Shown here: in pieces, positions 26,401-36,912 of the stretch
How the letters are laid out: the number at the start of each line of letters is the position of its first letter
Numbering within the stretch: position 1 is the first letter of the stretch
DNA from: Octopus sinensis
Lineage: Eukaryota
Direction of reading: 5' to 3'
Assembly (NCBI RefSeq): GCF_006345805.1
Contig: NC_043006.1
Location: forward strand, 36,022,001-36,086,000
Length of the DNA: 64,000 bases
Program-made: the position numbers and the translations under genes
Notes under the pieces: model-generated
What the model was told of the DNA's origin: nothing
Database searches by the model: none
Seen by the model: the letters and a program-made list of their open reading frames with translations, nothing else

Positions 26401-27520
26401 ATATATAATTATATCTCTGTGTTTGTCTATAAATACATGCATATATTTTTATTATTATTCATAAACCTTGATTCGACTGAGGTGTGAGACAGCAATTTTC
26501 TTTCCTGCAACTTATCACGTCTCCCTTACCTCCAACCCATTCATTTCACTTCGATATAAAACTTTTATCTTTTGTATAGGCGCAGGCGTGTCTTTGTGTG
26601 GTAACTTGCTTACCAATCACATGCTTCCGAGTCCAGTCATATGAGCGTGTGTGTGTGTGTGTGTGTGTGTACAGAGCTTTTGAAGTGGTGTACTGATATT
26701 ATATATTGAGAAAAAGGAGGCAGTTAGAATTTTGGATAATCCTCTATTAACGATTTCGTTTGTTTACGGACTCTTCAAGACAAAATCAAAATGCTATAAA
26801 CGGTATGTTTTGTTGTTCAATTATATGAATCGGATGTATTTTGTTTTGTTTAGAGGAGGAGAATATGGTTTTTGTTTTTGTTTTGGAAAAAGGAGAGAGA
26901 GAAAAGGAAAAGCAAAGCGGGGGTGGGACAGAGAGAGAGAGGGGTAGGTTTCAGGACAATGAAGAAAGAGGAGAAAAAATAATAATAAAGGATGGGGAAA
27001 AGGACAGAAAGTTAGATAGATATAGGGAGACAGAGAAGGAGAGAGAGAGAGAGAGGTTACTTTTCAATTTCTTTGAAATTTCATTTCGTTTTTTTCTTTC
27101 TCCTTTCTTTTTTGTCTTTGTACATTGTATATCCGTCAACATATTTGTAAATAAGCACATTTTCTCACAAGAGTCGGTGACCTTTCAAAGGTGTCAATAT
27201 TAGAAAGACGGAAGGGTATGGTTATCCCTTAAAAATAAAGACGTGTTCAAAATTCAAAGGTCAATGAAGATGTATATTCGTTCACATTGTATAGCCATGT
27301 CCCTTATGCTGTGTAATTTCATGTTTTTGCATGAACAAACATTAAATATTAGTACAATATTCATAAATTCGGAAACGAAAGCCAGAATCAGGAATTAATT
27401 TGCCAAGTAGCTACATTAGATATCTTTCCTAAAAATGATTCTGGTATTCTTTCTCAGGTGTTGTAATTTCTATAAGAACAACAGTTGTCAAATCCCATAT
27501 TATAATATATGTATATCTCT

Positions 27521-27716
27521 TTACTCTTTACTCTTTTACTTGTTTCAGTCATTTGACTGCGGCATGCTGGAGCTCCGCCTTTAGTCGAGCAAATCGACCC
27601 CAGGACTTATTCCATGTAAGCCCAGTACTTATTCTATCGTTCTCTTTTGCCGAACCGCTAAGTGACGGGGACGTAAAAACACCAGCATCGGTTCACAAGC
27701 AATGCTAGGGGGACAA

Positions 27717-27747
<31 letters not shown>

Positions 27748-27914
27748 CATATATACGACAGACTTCTTTCAGTTTCCGTCTACCAAATCCACTCACAAGG
27801 CATGGTCGGCCCGGGGCTATAGCAGAAGACACTTGCCCAAGATGCCACGCAGTGGGACTGAACCCGGACCATGTGGTTGTTAAGCAAGCTACTTACCACA
27901 CAGCCACTCCTGCG

Positions 27915-27918
<4 letters not shown>
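27521..27918 (-). mobile_element. SINE (family B), duplicate of 13081-13483
   Basis: Same sequence with several 1-bp deletions. Confidence 0.9.
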
Positions 27919-27949
<31 letters not shown>

Positions 27950-27965
27950 GTATTAATAAATATTA

Positions 27966-28449
<484 letters not shown>

Positions 28450-29353
28450 TATAATATATATATATATATATATATATCTATATATATATATAGATATATG
28501 TGAAAAATCAAGTCGAGATAGAAAATGCTAAAGTAGTTTTATAAAGAACATTTCAGTACCGGTTTCAGCTATTTGAGACATTTTCAACTGTAACGATTAA
28601 ATAATTGAATTTAGAAAAATTAAAAGAAAAGTTTTTTTAAAAGAATATTTGTATAGTGTTCAAATATAAGTGGCATTTTCCTTATTTCTGCCTTTCTCTG
28701 TCTCTCTTGTTTACACTCGTGGGTTCCAGGTCGTTGTGAATTCTTGGTAGGGAAGAAGAAGAAGGAGGAGGAGAAGGGGGGGTGTAGAATTTGGGAGTGC
28801 CTTGATTGTCGTATTTTGAATGGTCATTGGCGGCTAGCAGTTGCTGTTCAATTCATGAGAATATTTCTATTGAAAGGTTTGTTTATAGAATTTGAGTAGG
28901 TTTATACTAAAAAAACATTAGTGATAAAGTTAGGAAGTAGAAGGTGGAGAAGAAGAAGAAGAAGAAGAAGAAGAAGAAGAAGAGAAGAAGATGAGGATGA
29001 TAATGATGATGAGAATGATGATGATGATGACGATGATGATAACGATGATGATGAAGAAGAAGAAGAAGAAGAAGAAGAAGAAGAAGAAAGAGAAGGGAGA
29101 ATATGAATGAGAGAAAGACAGAAACAAGGAAAATGCCACTTATATTTGAACACTATACAAATATTCTTAAAAAAAAAACTTTTGTTTTAATTTTTCTAAA
29201 TTTAATTATTTAATCTTTACAGTTGAAAAGGTCTCAAATGACTGAAACCGGTACTGAAATGATCTTTATAAATTTATTTTAGCATTTTCTATCTCGACTT
29301 GTTTTTTCATATATACCAACTCGTGTGTTCTTTTTCATCCTTATACATACATA

Positions 29354-29444
<91 letters not shown>

Positions 29445-29446
<2 letters not shown>

Positions 29447-30104
29447 TTTGTTTGTCCAATTTTAAACCCTGCACGACTTCTATACACACTGTCTTTTACT
29501 ACCCGCCATTGCTTCTTCACCAAACTTTTTGGCGCCCTCCGATTCTTCCCCTCTCTTCCTCCCATCCTCCTTAATCCCTTCTTTCTCCTTCTCTCTCGGT
29601 CACTGATTCTGTCCCCTGCCTTCCACCCTCTTTGATTCCCTCTCTCTCTGTCTCTCTTTCTCTCTCTCCTGCGACCTGCTGCTTCTTCAACCATTCTGTT
29701 GGCCTTCGTATCTCGACCAACATGTGTCCCCGCTACCGAAACGGTAATTATTTCTACGCCAGCTGCTATGTTGTTGTTGTTTTGTCTCATTTGGTCTAAA
29801 GTCGTATGACAACCACCGTTATATATATTTTGTTTTTTCATTACTGTTTTCAATTTCGTTTTCGTCTCTTGTATTCACATCCGTCTTGTGCGTTCACATT
29901 CCTGTCTTCTACCAAGAAATCTAATGCTTACAGCTTAGTTTTTTTTCTTGGGGCTGGCCGAGTTGGAGCAAATATCAGAATTGAACAGCCGAAATTTGCT
30001 ATGATGATTCGGTGTCTGACTGAAGATTGAAGGCTTCGAATGATTTGTCTGTGTTCCGTGTTCGTCCCTTCCTGTATTTCACGTTCATTATATATAAAAA
30101 CATT

Positions 30105-30109
<5 letters not shown>
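29445..30109. mobile_element. unclassified 665-bp insertion in (TA)n, possibly Penelope-like
   Basis: Present only in duplication copy 2; TA repeats on both sides; no ORF recognised. Confidence 0.45.
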
Positions 30110-30150
<41 letters not shown>

Positions 30151-30364
30151 CTGGTCATTTATAGCGATGAGTATCACGTTGTTAACATTGGAACCACATT
30201 CACAAACAGCAGTAATAATGTAATATAAATGGTTTCTCTTCATCCATCATCATCACTATTAATGAATAATAATAAAAACGTAGTTACTCAGAATTTTTTT
30301 GATGAAGTGTAGCTCCATTGGTTTTGGGAATTTTTAATAACAATAATGATAATGGTTTCAATTT

Positions 30365-30714
30365 TTGTCACAAGGGAAGCAACTTTGGGAGAGGGTACTT
30401 ATTTAATCGACCCTGAAAGTATGAAAGGTAAAATCGTCTCAGACGGAATTTGAACTCAGAAAGTAGTGGCAGACGAAATACCTATTTCTTTACTACACAC
30501 AAGGGGCTAAACACAGAGAGGACAAACAAGGACAGACAAACGGATTAATTCGATTATATCGACCCCAGTGCGTAACTGGTACTTAATTTATCGACCCCGA
30601 AAGGATGAGAGGCAAAGTCGACCTCTGCGGAATTTGAACTCAGAACGTAGCGGCAGACGAAATACGCCTACGCATTTCGCCCGGCGTGCTAACGTTTCTG
30701 CCAGCTCGCCTTAA
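30365..30714 (-). mobile_element. SINE (family A), duplicate of 14740-15094
   Basis: Colinear with copy 1. Confidence 0.85.
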
Positions 30715-30716
30715 TG

Positions 30717-30786
<70 letters not shown>

Positions 30787-31524
30787 TAATAATAATAATA
30801 TTAATAATAATAATAATTATAAATGCCCTGATGCAGTACCAGGCAATGGCTCTCATGGCTTCTAATCTTAACCGATTGGAAATGTTATCACGAATCTTGG
30901 TTTGTGTTGGTATAAAAGAGGGGCTACAGCAAATATTCTGCTCAATACCACAGATTTGCTTGTCAGTTGTTTGACCTTAACCTTTTGAGCACGTGGCTGA
31001 CGATATATGCATCTCTGATTACGAACAGAAGTAGTGGGGGAGCATCATGGCCATGTGTTGAGAGGAATTCTATGGGATTTGGATAATTCACCTTTGGAAA
31101 CATGGGTATTTTGTTTATCATCCTTAAACAAACCTTATTCAGGGACCTTGTGAGAGGGATGGGCTACTCGACCTGAAGGGAATTCTATCTGATAAGGCCG
31201 GTCTATGGGATCATCCTGGGTTCCACGTTAATAAAGCGCTTAGCTTTACAGCGTATCATCAGACACCAAAACCTGTTGGGACATGGCCTCTGTAGCAAGT
31301 GGCTCCCTAGGAAATGGAGGTGGAAACACTTTGTCACTCTATGTCAACAACAGTGGACTGCCTTCCTTTCGGCTGTTATTCGTAATTGACCTTGATATCG
31401 CGTGGGTTCCAGGACACCAGACGGTATTTCCTGAAGTGCTTGGAAGTAGCTTGTGGTCAGTCGCACAAGATCTTGACTGTGTCGAGAACGATGACAACTT
31501 TTTGAAAACTTTGTGTAAGCTTTT

Positions 31525-31790
31525 CAGCAGGTATCCCCAACCTTTTGGCAAAATTTGATGCAGATTTCTCCGTCATGGCCAATGCAACAATCACACGTTA
31601 CACGCCTTTCTTCCAAACTCTGCTGCAAACAGCAGATGTGAGCTAGAAAGCTAAAACTTAGTGTCTATGCACAGCAGAGTTCAAGGTCAATTTGTGCCAA
31701 GTGGCTTTACTCTGCGTGCTTTAGTGATCAGACCTCCTAGTGATCAGTCCGGATACTTAGTGATCAGACCTCCTAGTTTGGGTTATTTAG
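31525..31790 (-). mobile_element. possible 5' remnant of a mariner-like element
   Basis: Minus strand reads IKFCQKVGDTC*KAYTKFSK, resembling the start of a mariner transposase; no paired TIR found. Confidence 0.35.
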
Positions 31791-31984
31791 TTCACCCCTT
31801 TTAGCTCTGAGCTGAAGTTCCACAATGGTAAACTTTCTCTTATAGTGTTTAGTCAAACAAATCTAATTCTACTTCTAGTATTGTACTGGATTCTTTGTCA
31901 ATCTACTGGGTTACAGTAACGTAAATGAACCAACATCGGATGTCAAACTGTGGGAGACGACTAACACAAATACACACAAACACA

Positions 31985-32160
31985 CTAAGTCACTCACTCA
32001 CTCAATCACCCACTCACTCACTCATTCACTCACTCACTCACTCACTCACTCACTCACTCACTCACCAACCCACTCACTCACTCACTCACTCACTCACTCA
32101 CTCACTCACTCACTCACTCACTCACCCACTCACTCACTCACTCACTCACTCACACACACA
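31985..32160. repeat. (CACT)n microsatellite
   Basis: Direct reading. Confidence 0.95.
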
Positions 32161-32724
32161 CGCGACGCGCTTCCATGCGGTTTCAGCCAATGAAATTCAC
32201 TCTAAAACACTGGTCGGTCCGGGGCAATAGTAGAAAACGCTCGGTCAAAGTGCTACGCAGTGGGACTAAACTTAAAGCCATGTGGTTTGGGAAGTAAGCT
32301 TCTTATCACACAACCATGCTTTGTTAATTTTCCCACACACCTACATAATTTCACAGTTAAAGGGTAGAGTACCAGTTGCAAAAAGTCTTCACAGCTATGT
32401 TATACACAGCCACTGTAGCGTGGTACTGGCCACAGAACAATAATTTAATATGTTTTGCTTTCAATTTGAAGATAAGGAAATTTCAATGAAACATTTATTC
32501 TCAAACTGGTTTAGCAACAAATTTTCATTTGGCTAGTTTTGATCGAGCATTGCCTATAAAGGTAATAGTTCAATTCATAAAGCTGAAAGTAGTTGTATTT
32601 TTCATCGGTCGGTTCGAATGTTGATTGATCTTCTGTCGTTTTATAGATTCTTCTAACCCATTGTTAGTTTCTTAAAATAAACAAAATAAATGAATTCAAT
32701 ATAAATTCAGCCTATTATAAAAAT

Positions 32725-32905
32725 CCGGGCATTTGAGGGCATATCTGAGAGGGCCACTATAAAAAGCAGTGGTCCCAAGACAGTGCCCTGTGGAACACCG
32801 CTCACTATTTGTGTGTTCATACAGGTGGCTTCATTACCCACTACTGCCTTATTCCTATCTTTCAGGAAGTCATGTAACCACTCTCTATGTTTTCCAGCTA
32901 TGCCA
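32725..32905 (-). mobile_element. short CR1/L2-like LINE RT fragment
   Basis: Minus strand reads WLHDFLKDR...IVSGVPQGTVLGPLLFIVALSDMP. Confidence 0.7.
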
Positions 32906-32971
<66 letters not shown>

Positions 32972-32976
<5 letters not shown>

Positions 32977-33098
32977 TTAGAGATAAAACCACTATTAGGC
33001 AAATCAAACAATAAATTAATTAAATTAATTAATTTTATGTATTGGCTTATGTTTTTCATTGTTTGATTTGCCTAATAGTGGTTTTATCTCTAATTTAA
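32972..33098. repeat. short foldback: about 41-bp inverted repeats around an AT spacer
   Basis: TTAAATTAGAGATAAAACCACTATTAGGCAAATCAAACAAT and its reverse complement at 33058-33098. Confidence 0.85.
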
Positions 33099-33259
33099 TA
33101 TAATATAATATAATATATTTATACTATAAAATTGGATTTAATCCTAAATCTGATTTTTCCCTGTAAGTTTGGATTTATTCCCTAATATTTTATTATTAAT
33201 TATATATATATATATATATATATACACTTTATTCAAAAGCAGCAGAAATATAGCAAAAG

Positions 33260-33297
33260 CTGTTACTCAGAGTTTCACGTTCCCGTTTGTCGGACAA
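33260..33297 (-). ncRNA. hammerhead-like motif in the left terminal repeat (degenerate core CCGACAA)
   Basis: Reads TTGT-CCGACAA-ACG-GGAA-CGT-GAAA-CTCTGAG-TA-ACAG. Confidence 0.4.
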
Positions 33298-34518
33298 TTT
33301 TGCTAACATAACAAACATCTACATAATAACATGTCTAGGTCCTGACGTAGATACAAACAACATTATTTAAAAAATTGCTGAGTGTATAATGATAAAATTT
33401 GGACAAAAGGCATGTAAAATAGAACACCCTATATCGAATTATCTATAAATTAAACGATTAAAATGGATATATAAAATACAATAAAATGAAATAAAATAAA
33501 ATGAAAATAATATTTGTATATAACAGTCGAAGATTTACCTTAAGAAATATGTCGAAATATATACAATAACTTTGCGATGCAGAATAAATCCTGCATAATA
33601 AGAAACAAATCCAACAGGGTGATTAAAAACTAGTCCGAGAATCAAAAATATACGTTATACATATGGTATATTGCTAGTCGACATTTTAAATTTAGCTTCG
33701 TGTCTGCAAGAATTCAAGAGTTTGCTTCTTTGATTTAAAGAGTTATTGTCCTGGAATAAAATGAAATATTTTTCCAGCAGGCATCACATTTGATGGGTAT
33801 TTTATGTGCACCGTGCATTTACGGTGCAGCTCTATCCAAAATACTCCATGTCACATTGAAAGGTCGGGCTTATTTTTCTTTTAATTTCCAGGCATATTTT
33901 GCCAGGCCGGTCTTCGTCCTATTTTCGGGGTATCTGAAGGAATTTTTATGCGAATAGAATCGGGTTTTGAAAGAATTTTTAGAAGCCCCTGTATAAGTTC
34001 TATATTCGCGTGAGCCTTCTATCTGCACTTTGGCTCTATACACGATTCCTTTATCCAGACATTTTCCTTCCAACGTACAGGGGTATCCATCTTTGCAATT
34101 ACAATTTTTAAGAAGAGAATCGGCACTATGGTTATTAGCAATTGTTGGTTAATGAAAGAGGCGAAGTTTCTGCAGCAAGAATAGCTGATCTTAAGCGTTC
34201 TTCTATTAAATATTCTATAAAACTTATGGTCAGGTTGAAAATGCCTAGAGACTAATTAAAATTTTTAATGTATTAATTGTATTAATCGAATTATATTTCA
34301 TATATAATTATTGACAATATGTATTTTGAATCCGCTCTTCGATATAAGATTTTTACTCGATTTTTTATAATAAGCTGAATTTATATTGAATTCATTTATT
34401 TTGTTTTTGTTTATCGTATGCTTAAGACCGTTATTTGAAAGGCCCCATGAAACAAATCCATTTTTAAAGTTTTAACTAGTTTTGATCATATCGTTATTTC
34501 TATTCTATTTTAACAAAA

Positions 34519-34556
34519 CTGTCCGACGAACGGGATCGTGAAACTCTGAGTAACAG
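34519..34556 (+). ncRNA. type I hammerhead-like motif in the right terminal repeat (U4-to-C core variant)
   Basis: Reads CTGT-CCGACGA-ACG-GGAT-CGT-GAAA-CTCTGAG-TA-ACAG; all three stems pair. Confidence 0.55.
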
Positions 34557-34595
34557 CTTTTGCTATATTTCTTATTTCTGCTGCTTTTAAATAAA

Positions 34596-34678
<83 letters not shown>

Positions 34679-34745
34679 ACCGCGTGTGTACCGTTGGCGA
34701 TTTTTCCCCCCCGTCTTCCCTTCTTTGGATCTTTCCTTTTCCTAT

Positions 34746-34780
34746 GTTTCTGACGAAGAGCTCCGCTCGAAACGTTAAGC
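34746..34780 (+). ncRNA. minimal type I hammerhead ribozyme with a canonical core, inside an about 185-bp solo Penelope-like repeat (34675-34860)
   Basis: Reads GTTT-CTGACGA-A-GAGC-TCC-GCTC-GAAA-CG-TT-AAGC: intact CUGANGA and GAAA, palindromic ACGT stem III, stem I with one G-U pair. Confidence 0.7.
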
Positions 34781-34882
34781 CCTCCTTCTTTCCTGAGCGT
34801 CCAATAATACTATACCTGTTCCACGTCCTCGCCATGTTGTGTTTTCATGTTTGGATTAACTATATATATATGCATTAAAGAG

Positions 34883-35066
34883 AATTTCAGATGGGTTCAA
34901 CAATTTAAATAAATACATATTCTGCCATGGTCGAAGTTTATCAGTGTTTAAATATACCAATGTATTAATATTCTAATGACTGATACATTGGTATATTTAA
35001 AAACTGATAAACATCGACCATGGCAGAATATGTATTTATTTAAATTGTTGAACCTATCTGAAATTA
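34883..35066. repeat. hairpin with about 80-bp inverted arms and an about 17-nt loop
   Basis: AATTTCAGATGGGTTCAAC...ATACCAATGTAT is mirrored by ATACATTGGTAT...GTTGAACCTATCTGAAATT. Confidence 0.85.
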
Positions 35067-35159
35067 TCCTTAACACTTTCTTATACATTTGCATAACGGG
35101 TTTTTATCTGACCACTACTGCCTGCATAATAAACAAAGAAACTTTACTATAAATACATA

Positions 35160-36451
35160 CGAGGGGCGTTCAATAAGTAATGCCCCTGACCCACTTGCAT
35201 TTGTTTGATCTAGCTGAAATTTTGCATGTGCAATTATTTCTATCTCTATAGATTAAGTGGCAAATTACAGCTCTGAACTAATTGTGGTTTCCGATTTACA
35301 GGTGTTTGAACTGAGTCAAGTGTGAAATGGAGCCTGTTGAGTGTCGAGCAGTGATCCGGTTTTTGTATTTGAAAGGACGCATACCACGGGAGACTTTTGA
35401 TGAAATGAAAGTAACTTATGGTGATGATGCCCCATCATATGACCTTGTAAAACGCTGGTATCGGGAATTCAAACATGGTCGGAACTCTGTGGAAACAGCT
35501 CCCAGATCTGGTCGCCCCCTTCTGCCATTGATGAGGCATCTGTCCGTCAAGTTGAGGCTGCCATTTTGGAAGAATGACGCATAACTATTCGCCAAATAGC
35601 CCATGAGGTCAAGATTAGTATCGGGTCTGTGGAAACTATCATTCATGACCATTTGCATATGCAAAAGGTGTCTGCCAGATGGATTCCCAGGTTGCTCACA
35701 CCTTTCCAGAAGCAAGAATGCGTCGATTGCTCGAGGATGAATTTGGAGATGTGCCAAGAAGATGAGTCAAAATTTTTCAAAAGACTGATTGCATAGGATA
35801 AAACCTGGGTCCATCACTATGATCCAGAGACCAAAGCCCAGTCAATGCAGTGGAAGAACCGTGACTCACCTCCTCCAAAGAAGGCAAGGGTGCAGCCCTC
35901 CGCTGGCAACGTCATGCTCACAGTCTTCTGGGACCAGGACGGAGTAGTGAAGACAGATTTCCTGGCAAAGGGTGCCACAATTACAGGAGTCTATTATGCT
36001 TCACTTTTGAGGAAATTAAGAGAAGCTATCAAAATCAAGAGGCGGGGCAAGATCAGCAAAGGCATCCTCCTCCTGCAGGACAACGCTCCGATCCACAACT
36101 CGCGTGTCGCCAGCTCAGAAGCACAGGCGTGCGGCTATGAACTCATCCCCCACCTCCCCTACTCTTCTGACCTTCCACCCTCTGATTTTCACCTCTTCCC
36201 AGCCATGAAGTTGTTTTTGAAAGGAAAGCGTTTCCCAGATGATGCAGCCTTGATTTCTGAAGTCACGTCGTGGTTGGAGGACCAAGCTGGGGTCTTCTAC
36301 AAAAATGGTCTTCAGAGCTGCATCAAACGATGGGAGAAATGCGTAACTCTGGGTGGTTCCTATGTAGAAAAAGACTAATAACTGTTCCAAGTTTCGTTGC
36401 TCTACTGCTATGGGAAGTGGGTCAGGGGCATTACTTATTGAACGCCCCTCG
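35160..36451 (+). mobile_element. complete mariner (DD34D) DNA transposon, 1292 bp, with a disrupted transposase
   Basis: Perfect 37-bp TIRs CGAGGGGCGTTCAATAAGTAATGCCCCTGACCCACTT and TA on both sides. HTH start MEPVECRAVIRFL at 35327, WIPRLL, A*DKTW, QDNAPIH-x-YSSDLPPSD with 34 residues between the last two Asp. One frameshift near 35520 and an in-frame stop. Confidence 0.95.
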
Positions 36452-36636
36452 TATGGATATATATGTAAATGGTTGAAATTTACAGAAAAACAAAAGACGA
36501 AGACAGGTGTATGAGCAACAAGCAGATGTATTAGTTTGACAGAAGGAGAGTGAGACAGAAAGAGAGAGAAAGAGAGCGACAAATGGTGTCTGGTTTTAGT
36601 TTCAATTTGTGGGACAAACAGATAGAATCTCTCTGT

Positions 36637-36696
<60 letters not shown>

Positions 36697-36697
36697 T

Positions 36698-36744
<47 letters not shown>

Positions 36745-36746
<2 letters not shown>

Positions 36747-36912
36747 CGACGGGCTTCTTTCAGTTTCCGTCTGCCAAATTCACTCATAAGGCTTTGGTCA
36801 GCCCAAAACTATAGTAGAAGACACTTGCTCAGGGTCCCACGCAGTGAGACTGAATCCGGAACAATGTAGTAGGGAAGTAGGTTTCTTTTAACACAGCCAT
36901 ACCTGCGCCTAT
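36745..36912 (-). mobile_element. SINE (family B), 5' half
   Basis: Contains GACGGGCTTCTTTCAGTTTCCGTC...ACAGCCATACCTGCGCC. Confidence 0.7.

Larger units (their letters stand above)
33225..34595 (-). mobile_element. Penelope-like element 3' fragment (GIY-YIG endonuclease) with inverted terminal repeats
   Basis: Reads CNCK..EGKCLDKGIVYRAKV...YTGASKNSFKTRFYSHKNSF, then VTWSILD and EKYFILFQDNNSLNQRSKLLNSCRHEAKF. 33229-33300 is inverted relative to 34515-34590. Flanked by (TA)n. Confidence 0.8.

Noticed and set aside
30015-30050. CTGAAGA...CTTCGAA hammerhead-like string in the 665-bp insertion
   Set aside because: GAAA is broken and stems I and III do not pair.
36470-36620. Relative of the 10062-10530 element
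   Set aside because: The similarity stops before the ribozyme segment, so no hammerhead is called.
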